DNA of 63,876 nt, filler included, from Saprolegnia diclina VS20 (GCF_000281045.1; 20 parts of 16 records of this genome joined end to end with filler, not necessarily neighbours in it); one strand, 5' to 3'. Shown: positions 1-12,411, counted from the whole stretch's first letter. The notes: generated by a model not told the origin, from the sequence alone. Numbers and translations are program-made.

Positions 1-710
1 GGTGGTACCACCGTGCAGTGTGAGCGCTACCTGTAGATGCAAGCAACAGCAATCGAGACACGCTCGTTGGACCGACACCATGCAAGCAAAAGGTTCGACA
101 CAAAACTTTTCCCAGAACGACCTTCGCCACACAAAAAGCGATGATGCTCACGATGCAAGAAGACAGATCAAGCTCGTGGCATACGGCGTCGATTGTAGCG
201 CATTGGTTCGGGTGGGCAGTAGTGAGGCCCTCTTGAATATCCAGTGGAACATCACGAGCGCAGAATCGCTAGATCTCGAGTAAGCGATTGTGCGTAAAAG
301 ATTATCAATGTCGCATAAGGCCTCAAATTGTCCACAAAGCTCTACATGCGCAGCAGCGCCGCGTATCGGTCGAAGCAGTCGAGATCATGGACGCTGCGAT
401 AAGTGTCTTGACAGAAGTCACATGAGCAACGTGAGAGGCCAAGTGTCAGCTTGTAGGCCAGCGTAGATGATGATATACACCGACGACATCATTGTTGCAG
501 CAAGGCATGCGATTTTTGTACCTTGCAGGAGAGTCATGCTGGGATCCGCAGGGGTGTTCGATGTCGATCATTCTATAGCTGCAGCACGGTGAGCCAAGCT
601 TTTACACTCCAGACACCACGAGGCGTGCCTCGCAAAACTCGCACACATACGAAAATGCCTGCAGCTTGGGCATGGTTAATCGTTTAGCGTGCGGTCGAGG
701 CCCCGCGGGG
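1..710 (-). mobile_element. Degenerate Helitron Rep/helicase fragment
   Basis: Reverse complement aligns by eye to about 20820-21665 (shared cgaccgcacgct, caagctgcagg, gtgtgcgagttttgcga, aagcttggctcaccgtgct). That region is contiguous with a clear PIF1-type Helitron helicase. Many stops and frameshifts. Confidence 0.7.
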
Positions 711-1468
711 TATAATGCATGAGTGCTCGATACCAAAATATTGTTGGCTGATTAATCATTCTGGTGAAAGCATCTTCATCTCCAGCAGCAGAGTCTGCAG
801 TTGCTTAAGCAGGCGAAGCTGAACCCTCGCGGGGAGAAGGGCACTAAGGCGCCACAAGGATACGATGATGCGATGGCTAAGAGTTATCATTGCCAAAAAC
901 AGCGTGTCGGCCAATCCAACCCCGGCACTAAACCCACGCAATGTTCATTCGATTCCAATATGCTTCAGACACAATGCTGAGACACTCACACCAAACTTCC
1001 AACCACTCTCGACCAATCACAACGATGAACACTTCATATTCTATAAATATTTGACAAATCAGAGCGCTAACTATCCTAGCGGCCACCGGATCTAGCCTAA
1101 TCACAGCGAAATCGGTTTTCACGTTCAGTGAGGCGAGATCCACCGACATCATTGATGAAAAAAAACCTAAATCGGGTTTACTTTGACTTCACTATTGACG
1201 CCCTCGGGACACATACATATGTATGCGGGAAAGCTGAATTATCCGGGAGCTCCAAGCAAGAGGTCTCCACAACGCCAACATCACACGCCGGCAGGTCTCC
1301 AACGCGCGCATACACGTGTGCACTACGTGCGTGGCCTCGCTTCGCTGCTGGGACCACTCCGCGACCAAGGTGGCTTCAACTCCGATGGTCCCACCGAGTG
1401 CTCCCACCGAGAAGGGTGTATCGAGATGTTTGTGGGTAAAAAAACTAGGAGCTATAAAAAACGTAAAT

Positions 1469-1723
1469 GGGGGGCGGCCGCATGGGTCGCGCGGTAGAAT
1501 TTCTGCTTACAACTCCCAAGGTCGCCGGTTCGATCCCGAGCACGGACAAGTTTTCGTCGTCCGGATATCTATCCGGGCACGAACGTCAAGGAAGGCCGAG
1601 CCACATGTCGCCACTTATCATGCGCCAATCAGAACGCAAGTTGTCCAAGAAGTTCATATATCGACTCTGAGGATCATTAGTCAGTATAACGAATCCAATA
1701 TGATATGATATGATATGATGATG
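1469..1723 (+). mobile_element. tRNA-derived SINE with (ATATG)n tail and 11-bp TSD
   Basis: tRNA-like head with an A-box-like TGGGTCGCGCGGTAG and B box GGTTCGATCCC (1527-1537). Tandem tail at 1698-1723. Exact direct repeat AAAACGTAAAT at 1458-1468 and 1724-1734. Confidence 0.8.
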
Positions 1724-2527
1724 AAAACGTAAATAGCGATTTCTAAAAACGGACCTCCCCAAGAGGCGTTGTTTTTCTAAAAAATTGTAAAAATTTGCCG
1801 GTCGTGTTAATCGCGGTCGACTTTAAAAACATCGGCCAGCATTTCCAATCGTTTTTAAGGCCAATGCGTCGGGCAATGGGCGAATTCAAGGCATGAAACG
1901 CCGTCAGAACTGAGCTCGGAGTTTTCTACTGTTGAGGACAGCCATGCCTGCAACACAGAGACCCCAGATGTAGTAGAACCCCCTCTGAGGGCACTTGCAT
2001 TGAGCGATCTGGGCAAATCATATCTGCACACAAGGCCCGCTGACATGCGGTTAGCTCCCTCGCATAGTCATGAACTGCCTTGATGACTCTAGGTAAGCGC
2101 GGCCCGTGCCGCGACTAGGACGGCCTAGTCAGTGCTGGCGTCGACGGCGTCGCCCTGGAACCAGTGGAGGGCCGCGCTATCGTTGGAATGTTGATCTGTC
2201 AGCTGTTGATTTGCAACGTTTGGCAACGCTGTTGGGGAGCTCCATTTCCATTGCCAACTGGTCGTTTCCAAAGCCACCCGTTAGCAATAAAATGGAAACG
2301 ACTGCCGGGGATGCTCTAAAGAATAGGAGATTGGGTCGCACTAGGGTGAGCCCTGGTCACACCGCCATGTTGCGATGCCAACGCCACTCGAAAAGACAAT
2401 GTCTAGGCCAACGAAGCCAACACCGTGTGTGGCACCAACGGTTCTCGGCCGCCTCGGACCCTAGCCCTGACACGCTTCTCTAGAGTACATTAAAGTTGAA
2501 TATTCGGCTAAGAGTGAGCTTGAATTT

Positions 2528-2627
2528 NNNNNNNNNNNNNNNNNNNNNNNNNNNNNNNNNNNNNNNNNNNNTTAATTAATTAANNNNNNNNNNNNNNNNN
2601 NNNNNNNNNNNNNNNNNNNNNNNNNNN
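2528..2627. other. Artificial scaffold linker N44-TTAATTAATTAA-N44 (first of 19)
   Basis: The same 100-nt construct recurs at 9154, 11607, 18068, 20713, 22911, 29063, 30219, 32192, 38571, 39801, 41279, 47083, 50104, 51999, 53448, 59005, 60649 and 62145. TTAATTAATTAA gives stops in all six frames. Confidence 0.97.
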
Positions 2628-3043
2628 GCTGTCACTGGCGCGGCCGTCACTGGCGCGGCCGTCGCCGGTTTGCTTGTGGCCGGTGCGGCCGACGTACCGG
2701 GGATGATCGTTGCGGCGAATTGCTCAAACGTCACGCCTTGGTAGCCCGTCGAGCACGAGAGCGAGCTCGTGCCGATTTGGTACAAGTTGAAGAGCGTTCG
2801 GCAGTTGGCGCTCTTTAGAAACGCAGTCACTTGCGCTGGTGTCGTCGACGATGAGAGAAACTTGCCAGCGAGCAGGTCAGCCCGCGTGTAGCCCATGTCG
2901 GCGGCGCAGAGCTGAATGTCGATGGTGATCGCGGTCGAGTACGGTGCAAGCGCGGCGGTGGTCTCGGCGTCCGTGCACGTTGCCGCATCCACGCTTGGCA
3001 AGAGACTTAGCACTGCGAGCCAACGATAGCTATACCAATGCAT
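2628..3043 (-). CDS. Secreted elicitin-like protein, 3' truncated by linker
   Basis: Signal peptide (MHWYSYRWLAVLSLLPSVDA), then ATCTDAE..LCAADMGY..FLKSANC..LSCSTG elicitin-type Cys spacing and a TAAPV Pro/Thr-rich stalk. Paralog of 3877-4770. Confidence 0.75.
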
Positions 3044-3876
3044 GGCTCGCTCAAAGAAAAAGTGCACTTCGATCTTGGTGCGACTGCATCTTCAACAAGT
3101 AGCTGGTTGCTGTCGGCTGTGACCGCGCGCATGGATTGGCTGAAAAGATCGATTTCGTGTCGTCGGATTGGTGGAAGGCGAGCAAATCGACTCCAATTGG
3201 GCTCCGTGGTCAGTGGTGCGTCCAGTGGAAGTGGTGAAGTGTCGACATGTGGCACATATTGACCGCTGCCATGGTGACTTGTGTGAGCAATACAATATAT
3301 ATATCGCAGTGTTTATGTTTGACTAGTCCAACCGTCCATGTTATTGCAAGCCAGAGCCAGAGCTGTGCTTGGTGCGAGAGAGGTGGACACACCAGCAGAC
3401 CACAATCGGAGCTGGCACGATACGATGTATAATAGCAATCCATATCACTTGGAGAGGGGGCAAAGCTTCGAGGCGCGACGAACTTCTTCGACACCAGCCT
3501 TTGCAAGGGTGTTGGCAAAGTTAGCATCGTCGGAAGATTCTCACGGGTCGTCTAATGGCTCCAGTGCAGCTAGAGGGCACCGCACTGCCTTGTTGCCTTC
3601 GCCACCACCCACCTCCGTGGTGTCGTGGGCAATTGCCAGGGGCGCAAGCGTGCACCGGCGACTCCAAAGGAGCTAGAGCCGCCCACGAATCTGCGCGACG
3701 TTTGCCAGTCTCTCTGTAGGAAACGTGTATTGGACCCGAAAGGATAACGCAAAACACGCTCATAGCGTCCTACTACATAGCGTCGTCGTCCTGGAATTCC
3801 CTGAACTATTAGTATAATACCTCGTGGAAGAAATTGAAAAGAAAATAAAGTTTACATTTGTTCTCGCCGTGGGCAA

Positions 3877-4770
3877 CTAGCTCACACAACCCCATGTCGC
3901 TGCGAAAAGGACTGCAAGACCGAGTAGAGCGCTCGTTGGCCGTCGGGCGGCGGCCGACTGCGCGACTGGTCGAGGCGCCTCGGTCGTGCTCGTGCTCGTG
4001 CGTGGCGCGTCCGTTGGGCTTCGAGACGCTGGCGACGTCGTTGACGGGATGTTGCGTTCGTAAAAGCGCTGCGCGTACTCGGTAAACGTCCAGGTGCTAA
4101 TCTCGCGTGTCGTAAACGCCAGCGCACCGTCGTACATGACGCAAGGCGGCGTGATCGCACCCCACGCCTTCTTCTCGACCGCGACGACCGCCGCACAGTC
4201 GGAACTGGCTAAAAACGCTGCAAATTGCGTATCGGTGATCTTGTGCTTGAGCGTATTGTTGTAGAGGTACGCGACTGGGATGTCGCCCATGTCGATCGCG
4301 CAGCGCGACTGGAACCGGGATCGCTCGGGCTCGATGGCGGCAAAGGCCGTCATGGTGCTGTTGTCGGTGCAGTTGGCTGTACCGGGCTTGGCTGTCGTCG
4401 GCGTCGGTGTCGCACCACTGGCCGGCAGCAGCGTCGCGGCGTACTGCTCGAATGTGACGCCTTGGTAGCCGGTCGTGCATCCCATGTTGCTCGTGGCTTT
4501 TTGATACAAAACAAAGAGCGCGCGGCAGTTGGTGCTCTTGAGAAAGGCCGACACGCGCGCCGGCGTCGTCGTCGACGACGAGAAAAAGTCGCCGTTGGCC
4601 ATCGCCGCTGTCGAGTAGCCGACGTCGTTGCCACAGAGCGCGAGGTTGAGCGCGAGCTCGGCCTTGTACGGCACAAGCGCCGCCGTCGTCTCGTCGTCGG
4701 TGCAGGCGGCCGCGTCGATGACCTGCGCGGTGCTCAACAGGGTCAAGCACAGCAGAGCCAACCAACGCAT
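3877..4770 (-). CDS. Secreted, probably GPI-anchored protein with two elicitin-like domains (297 aa)
   Basis: Signal peptide, two 4-Cys elicitin-like domains, Ser/Thr/Pro linker and a hydrophobic C-terminal tail (SALLGLAVLFAATWGCVS). Confidence 0.8.
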   Translation of the reverse strand: MRWLALLCLTLLSTAQVIDAAACTDDETTAALVPYKAELALNLALCGNDVGYSTAAMANGDFFSSSTTTPARVSAFLKSTNCRALFVLYQKATSNMGCTTGYQGVTFEQYAATLLPASGATPTPTTAKPGTANCTDNSTMTAFAAIEPERSRFQSRCAIDMGDIPVAYLYNNTLKHKITDTQFAAFLASSDCAAVVAVEKKAWGAITPPCVMYDGALAFTTREISTWTFTEYAQRFYERNIPSTTSPASRSPTDAPRTSTSTTEAPRPVAQSAAARRPTSALLGLAVLFAATWGCVS

Positions 4771-5655
4771 GGGTGTCAGAGCGCGAATGTGGATCTGGCA
4801 TTGCCCATTCCCGCCAGACCCAGCTACTTGTTGAAGTTGCCATTGGCTGTGATGGCATGGGATTGGCTAAAAACAACGAAAAGGAACCGATTCGTCGGAT
4901 TTGATTGGTGGATTTGTACAGTCCTGTGGACAACGAGATACCGGTATGGACAATGCTGTTCACGACATTCAATGGTTTGGTTAAAGTATTGCAAAAACAC
5001 TCGAAACGAGCGGCGATGGACTTGATCACCACCGAGAGTTATAGATACCACTGTGTGCAGTAACTGAGCAGCAAACGCGGATGAGACGCTTCGACGCGCG
5101 ATGGAATTTTGTTCCATTTTGGCTCCATTCGTGGCTGATGTCGAGGTTTAGAGCTGCGTTTATGAAATAGCTAGTTCTGGGGCCTTCCTCGTTTGGTAGC
5201 ATTCAGCAGCAGCAGTGCCCCGCAGCGCCTAGCTTGAACAAAGTGCCGAATGTCGACCACGATTCGGCAGCCCAGACGTGGCATATGCCAATTGAAAGCT
5301 GTGAGGTGGCCATACAATTTTCTCATCATAAAAAAGATTTTACAAAATAATGCAGGCTGCGCCTTTTTCTTCATTTTTAGCCAATCCACGATCGGTTGAA
5401 ATGCCACGGCGCGGGCGCTGACGCTGGAAACAGCGGCGATCGCGTCTGAAAATGAAATCGCCCAAGCTTTGACAGGCGATAGAAGACGCTTAGAGGACCT
5501 CTTCGCGCCATGTCCTGTCCTTGTGCGAGAGCTACAGCCTGAGAAATCAACCGTTTTGTTGAATATGGCATGCGCCATATTTCGCCACTAATAGCCACAT
5601 TTTGTCGCTGATGCGAGAATTCCAACCGCCGACTTGCCACGTGGTCACGCCGCCG

Positions 5656-6640
5656 ATGGACGGTCCGATCGCGTGGCTGCAGCCCGAGCGCGCGCCGCGT
5701 CCTGTGCTTCGCGAACGCGCCCGAGATGGTGCATGGCTTCTTGCGCACGCTGGCGCTGCACAGCCTCGACGCTGGCCGCGCTCGCCGAGCTCGTGGGCTT
5801 CCTGCCACTACGTGACTACTGGCCCACGCTGCACCTGCGCACGTGATGCTGTCGCGCACGCCCGAGCGCGTCACGGGCACGCCGCTGCTTTACGATACAG
5901 TACACGTGTACGACCGCCGCCATGTACACCCTTTGACACGCGCAACCTCGTGCGTCCCGAGCTGCCGCGAAGCGTCTCGCTGCACTTGCAGGTCACAACA
6001 GCGCCACCGGATGGGCGCGACGACGCCGCTCTTGTCAGACGTCCATCTGCACCAGGTGGAGCTCCAGCTGCTTCCGGTCGCGAGCGTACACCATGTGGCG
6101 CTATGGCTTGGATCTCGGCAGATGATGCTACGGTCCATCGATCCCGAGGCGCTGCTTGTGACGATGGCGATCTCGACACTCGCGAGGGTCAACACGACTA
6201 TGTTAGCGCAAGCCCTTTTCGACGGTACACTGCGTCATCTCGAGCTCAGCTGCCAGTAGCGCCGACTCTTCAGCTTTTGCACAATACGGCGCTAACGCCA
6301 CTCTGTATCAGCTCCGGACGTCGCACGTGAACCGTTGACGGACTGCAAGCGCTGCGCCAGCTCGATGCGCTCAACCTCTTGGCCCTGGCCGCACGGACAC
6401 GCCCACGACAACGGTTTGGCGTCTCGCCGAGCTCCAACGGCCTTGGTCGCCGTACACGACCTAGTTCTTGGCCCAGGACCCCGAGATGGCCTCTGTGCCT
6501 TAACGCCCAAGTGCAGATGCGGCTCCGTGTCCTGCATCTCCAGACCGTTGCAAAATACATGGAGCTCGGGACGCTTTCGAGGCCGCGACATGCACGGCGT
6601 CTTCCTGCTGCTGCAGCTGTCCGCAGTCGCGCCTTGACGT
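5656..6640 (+). pseudogene. Frameshifted member of a Saprolegniales-expanded F-box-like/LRR (RNI-like) family
   Basis: Pieces in different frames: ..VHGFLRTLALHSL../LAALAELVGFLPLRDYWPTLHL, and LRR-like LRHLELSC. Several frameshifts and stops. Confidence 0.4.
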
Positions 6641-7291
6641 GGGTGGCCCATGCAATCGAAGCGTTAACGTCACGATCAACGGAGGCAGCTCGGAAATTCC
6701 ATTGTGAATACATTAATTACACGATATATATACCATGGGTTTGCTGTACACAGAAAAAAGACTCGCGGAGTTGCTACGTTTTGCACGATGCAGACTCTAG
6801 TAGATCTCTCGGGACGGGTATACTACTTGGTCTATGAGCGAGGATCCATCGACCATCGACCATCGATGTCGCTACGTTAAAAGTTGCATTTTGCAGACAA
6901 TTCTACTTTGAAAATGCCGACTTGGCCGGTCTAGCCCAACGGCGGTTGATGCGACCGGTCAAAATGGCGCCCGCGCTCCGTCGTTGCAGGGTTTTACGCG
7001 GAAACGACGCTGAGAGTGCATCGATCGACACGCCCGAGCGCGGCGTTCGAGGCAGCTGGATCATCCATTCTGGCAGGAATACACTCCCATTATCGACCCC
7101 AACCGAGAGCATACGACTTGTCAATCTCCCAAACACGACCCGCGACGAGATGAACGACGGAAGTAGATGTGTACTTGGATAGTACGCCTATCCAAAACTG
7201 GATACTGTACTATCCAAAACCACGAAACCGATCCGTTGGAAACGCGCCGGTTGGCACTTGCTAAATCCATCGGCGCGAAACGAGGCCAGCT

Positions 7292-9153
7292 ATGGTACCG
7301 CTGGCGCCAAATGGGCCGACGTCGTATGTGGTTCAAGTCAAGCCGCCGCGCGCGCGTGTGGCCAAGCTTTTGCGACACTTTGATATGCTCCTCGGGCTTG
7401 TTGTTATTCTGCTTGTCGCGATCGATAGCGTCACCAACAACTGGGCCATCAACGACTACATCGGGGACGCCTATGCGTTCTTGACGCCCCTCGCGACCGT
7501 CTCGCATGCATCCGACCTCACGGCGCAGTATAGCTTTCCAGTCGCCAGCGGGTTGGACGATGTGTCCAAAATCGGGTTTTGGATGATCAACCATACGGTC
7601 CACGCGATGGTGACCAAGAGCCCGGATGTCTACTTCATCTCGGTCGGGTCGTTTCCGCTCTCAGCCAGCATCGATCAGTGCAAGATGCTGGTGGCCACGT
7701 ACCCCTTTGATATGGCCGCATCGTCAACAGCGTACCTCGGTGTCGCGTCCAACACCGTGACGTATTACAAGGGCAGTGCGCTCTCGCATTTGTTTACGAC
7801 CGAGATGAGAGCCAATGCAAGCATGCAAGACGATACGCTCCAGAGTCTCGGGTACGCACCCGGTCGCACCGGCACCGACATGCGTCTCACAACGGGTGTT
7901 TCGGTCGCCAACCATTCACGCCTCCAGTCGACGCGGATTGGATTTTTCAAGCTATTTCCAAAAAGCTTTTGCACCGGGTGCAGTCCGATTCCCGAGCTCG
8001 GGTTTGGCCATTGTCGCGCGACCATGGTCTACAACGACGCGGCCAAGACACTGCAGCTTGTCAGCAGTGTCAACGACGTCGGGTCGGTCTACAAGGTCGG
8101 GTTGCTCTTGCCGCAGTCGGCCTTTTCGTCGGCGTCCCACTATGTGAAAGCGGTTGCGATTGTGTTTGCTGTTGGCGGCTACTTGGCGAGCCGCCGCACG
8201 GTGCAATGGGCCGATTTCGAGAGTTTGAAACTCGACTCGATTTTTTCGAAAATTTTGCGCACGATTTCGCCAAAGTACTTTCCGTACCCGAGTTTGGCGC
8301 TGCGGTTTGACATGTTTTGCTACAATTCCGACATTTTCGTGTTTCTCTTTGCGATTGGCGTACTCCTCGACATGAGCAACTGCCTCTATTTTTTGCGTAT
8401 CATGAATTTGTACAATGCGGACGCGCCGTCGTTTCGATACCTTGTGCAAACGTATGCTCTCACGATGCGCTTTCTGTGGATCAACTGCGCAGCGCTCAAA
8501 GTGCTCAAACTGATCTGGAATCTCGTTTCGACATCGTCCTACAACGGCGAAAGCACGGTAGTTTGTTCTGTGCGAAGTTGGGAACAATTATTTGGTGTAG
8601 ATCATGCGCTACCTCAACCTCACAAGTGTCACGTCGCTGTACGCGAGTGCGATTATGCTCGTGTACGTCCCGCCGTACATTGAGTACACCAACAGCGTCA
8701 CCCACGACCTTAACCAGAAGACGCAGCCCCTCGATGAGATTCATGTGGTCGCCTTTGAGAGCTTTTACCTCCGCGCCGTCCCCGCAGTCTTGGTGCTCTT
8801 CGCCATCAACCTCGCCGTCATTCTGGCGGCCGACCACCTGCTCTACTACAAGTCGTGGCAACTTGTCGTTAAAAACTCGCTCGCGCGCCAAGCCATCTTC
8901 AACAGCAGCTCCATCTTGTGCGACTACCTCAGCGGTATCGAGCCCGACCATAGCGCCGGCAGCAAGGGCTCGATCCTCATCTGCAAGGCGCGCCGCCTCA
9001 GTACGCTACAGTGGTTCTTTATGAACCATGTGACATGCTTTGGGCTCCCCGAGAAGGAGCTCCGCGCGAAAAAGAAGATGCTGCAAACATCGTCAATCAC
9101 GACGACGACAACAGACGATTTAACAAGCGTCAAGTGCATGGTCGTGCAAGACA
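7292..9153 (+). CDS. Oomycete multi-pass transmembrane protein of unknown function (intron 8558-8600; 3' truncated)
   Basis: The 463-aa and 201-aa ORFs join in frame across a 43-nt GT-AG intron (..NGEST|IMRY..). N-terminal TM helix, large Cys-containing ectodomain, several C-terminal TM helices. Confidence 0.8.
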
Positions 9154-9253
9154 NNNNNNNNNNNNNNNNNNNNNNNNNNNNNNNNNNNNNNNNNNNNTTA
9201 ATTAATTAANNNNNNNNNNNNNNNNNNNNNNNNNNNNNNNNNNNNNNNNNNNN

Positions 9254-11606
9254 GACCGAGCCGATGATGTAGCCGGCCGTCGGGCACTGCAGCGTCAGCG
9301 TCTCATGCTCGTCGACCGAGCCGCCGATGAGGTTCGGGTCGGGCGTCGGCACCGGCGCGGGCCAGCACTTGGCCTTGACGGCCAGCGACTTGGCCGTGTT
9401 GACACACGGGTCGCTGAACGCACTACACATCACCAAGAGAATGCGTCAGAACACGAGACCAGATCCAAGAAGTCGTACCCCGTGTTGACCGGGATGCTGC
9501 ACGACGCCTGGTGGAGGCACAACGACGAGACGACGTTGGTCGAGTACATCGAGTCGCACCAGCCCTTCTGGAAGAGCGACGCGTCACCCGTGGGGTTGCC
9601 GTAGGACGCAAAGAGGATCTCGCCCACGACGTCGCCCGCCGGACACGCCAGGTCGAGCGACGAGCCGTCCGCCGCAACACCGCCAATCAAGTCAGGGTCC
9701 ACGCACTGCACCTGGACAGTGAGGTGCTTCTCGACACCGAGGCACGGGTCCTGGCCAAAGTACGGCGCCCTACAAGACACATTCACATGAGACCCTGCAA
9801 AAGAGTCGAGTAGCGACGTACTGGGGAGAGACGTCGATCGAGCACGCGTTCTGGCCGGTGCACGCGTCCTGAACGGCAGGACCCGACAACGGCGCGTGGC
9901 ACCAGCTGACCGTGTTGACACCCGACTGCACCGCCGACGTGCCGTACGAGGCAAAGAGCACCGGTCCGACGACAAAGTTGTTGGGACACTGCAGAGAGAG
10001 CGTGTTGCCGTCCGTGGCAGTCGCGCTGATGATGGTCGGGTCCGGGTTGGGCGGCGTCACGATCACCGGCGCCGCGTCCTTGCAGTGGGCAGTGACACTC
10101 AGCGTCTTGTCCGTGTCGACGCACGGGTTACTGAAGGCAGCGCTCTCGGCCGGCACGGAGCACGACGTCTGACCAAGGCAGAGAAACTCGACGACGGGCT
10201 CCGAGTACGGCGACGTGCACCAGTCGTTGACAAAGCGGGGGAACGCGCCGCCCGAGAGACCGTACGACGCGTACAAGACGGCGTCGATGGCCTGACCCGC
10301 CGGACACGAGAGCTCCAGCGTACCATGCTCGGGCACCGACCCGCCAATGATCTGCGGGTCCGGCGGCGGCGTCGCGCACGTGGCCTGCACCGTGAGGTGC
10401 TTTTGCACGCCGTAGCAGTTGTCCGTAAACACGTTGTTGGCCGGCACGGAGCACGAGTCTTGTCCGAGGCACGCCTGCTGCACGATGGCCACCGAGCTCG
10501 GGTCGTCGCACGAGCCGGTGGCGAACGAGCCGACGTGGCCGGTGGGATTACCAAACGACGCAAAGTCGATCGACTGCACCGTCTTGCCGGCCGGACAGCT
10601 CAAGTGCAGCACTGCACCTTGCGGCACCGACGTGCCGATGATGTCGTTCGAGATGCACTCGGCGACGATCGACAGACTCTTGGTCGAGCCCGCGCAAGGA
10701 CCCGCCGTAAACGTGTCGGCGGTCGCGGCCACGGTGCACGAGTTCTTGCCGAGGCAGCTCGAGCCGACGACAAGGTTGCTGTCGGCGGCGTGGCACGTCG
10801 GGTCGACGCTAAAGTCGGGGAAGATGCCGGTCGCCGTGCCGAACGAAGCAAAGTCGATGGCCGAGATGTACGTGCCAGCCGGGCACTGCAACGACGCGCT
10901 GCTGTCTTGGGCGACACTCGTGCCGATGATGTTGTTGGGCACACACTTGGCCGTCACGTCGAGCTTCTTGGTGGCGCCCGGACACGGGTCGTCGCCAAAC
11001 GTCCTACCATTACGCATGAGTGGTTGTGGTCATCCAAGCAATGGTGGATGTACCCGCTGTGGACGTCGACCGAGCACGCATTCTCGCCGATGCACCGGTC
11101 ACCGATGGTCGCCACGGCACCGGCCGCATCGCACGTCGGGTCGGCGGCGTAGTCGGGAAACTCGCCCGTCGGCGTGCCGTAGCTCGCAAACGGAATCGAA
11201 CCAATGTACTCGCCTTGCGGACACTGGATCGTCGCCGACGCCCCATCCAGCGCCGAGCTGCCGACGAGGTCGGCGTCCACGCACTCGGCAATCACAGAGA
11301 GCCGCTTGGCAACACCTGGGCACGCGTCGGTAAAGACGCTAGGTTGGTATCGATCATGAGACCACCGCACATTACGGCAATGCGATGCAAGTACCCGCTG
11401 TTGGCGTCGAGCGTGCACGCGTTGTGGCCGACGCAGATGGCGGCAGCTTGCGTGGCGCTGTCCGGCGCGTCGCACCACGTCGAGACAAAGTTGGGGTACG
11501 TTCCGGCCGGCGTGCCGTACGAAGCGTACTCGATCGACACGATGTTTTGGTTGGCCGGACACGCCAGCGCGAGCGAAGCGCCTTCGGCCACCGAGCCGCC
11601 GATCCA
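9254..11606 (-). CDS. Tandem galactose/rhamnose-binding (SUEL, Gal_Lectin) lectin with at least 8 domains; both ends truncated
   Basis: Seven complete and one partial repeats of LxCPxGxxI.xI.(F/Y)AS(F/Y)G...C...CxGxxxCS(V/I)...FxDPC...KxLxVxxxC. Introns at 11339-11394, 11004-11053, 9770-9821 and 9423-9478. Confidence 0.9.
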
Positions 11607-11706
11607 NNNNNNNNNNNNNNNNNNNNNNNNNNNNNNNNNNNNNNNNNNNNTTAATTAATTAANNNNNNNNNNNNNNNNNNNNNNNNNNNNNNNNNNNNNN
11701 NNNNNN

Positions 11707-11801
11707 GGCACCAGGCCAAGGTCGTGTACAGCGCGCGGCTTGATGCGCTGTATGCGGCGAGCGGCGACGTCGTCGCGGGCAAGCAGGTCATGCAGCACTA
11801 A
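11707..11801 (+). CDS. 3' end of a tandem long-chain acyl-CoA synthetase paralog
   Basis: Encodes ..[20 protein letters not shown], identical to the 3' end at 14513-14569. The sequences diverge right after the stop. Confidence 0.75.
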
Positions 11802-12411
11802 GATACATATCGACACGTATTATATATACACTCTGTATCATTGGGTGCGCTGGTGCAGGAGGTGGATGCAGCCATTTTGCATGATACGTTTGCAAGCGCT
11901 CGACATTCACATCCGCACGCAAAAATAAACTTGACACGCACAGCCGTCGCGAATTCTGCCAAAGTCATGCTTCCTTGCTAACAACTGAGCTCTGCTAACG
12001 TGTTCACTTCACTCCGAGCTGAACTATACTTGTCAATGACGCCTAACAGCCAGCTAAGTACAAAGATCAAGCAAATTTCAAAAGACCGAAATGCCGACAG
12101 GAGAGCTGCGCCGAAGGTCGGCCAAATCATACCGGTGGCCTTGCGTTCAACAAGTATTTGGTAACGGATGGCCAGAAGTACGGAGTCATTTTTTGCTTGC
12201 GTGGGGACGTCAAGACGCTTGCGCGCCAGCCGGTGCACGTCCGCAGCGTCGCTGTACAGTTCGAATACGCTGACAACTTGCAAGTTCATGTCGCGATGCA
12301 CTGTCGACGCAGATACACGCGCCTTACTTTTTGCCGTGGTTGCCATTTCGTATTTGCGTCGTTCGGTGCAAAATGGTGTTTGGTATCTCAGAGTGCTTGG
12401 AACCACCGGCC

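Noticed and set aside
1469..1548. Functional tRNA gene
   Set aside because: Acceptor and anticodon stems do not pair and there is no T-run terminator; it is the SINE head.
2572..2583. Recurrent TTAATTAATTAA palindrome as a biological motif (PacI site or regular repeat array)
   Set aside because: Always centred in exactly 44+44 Ns; it is an artificial six-frame stop linker.
9896..11333. Long plus-strand ORFs (418 and 304 aa) opposite the lectin, and similar antisense ORFs over HSF, ABCB and gag-pol
   Set aside because: Shadow frames caused by high GC3 codon bias; no motifs.
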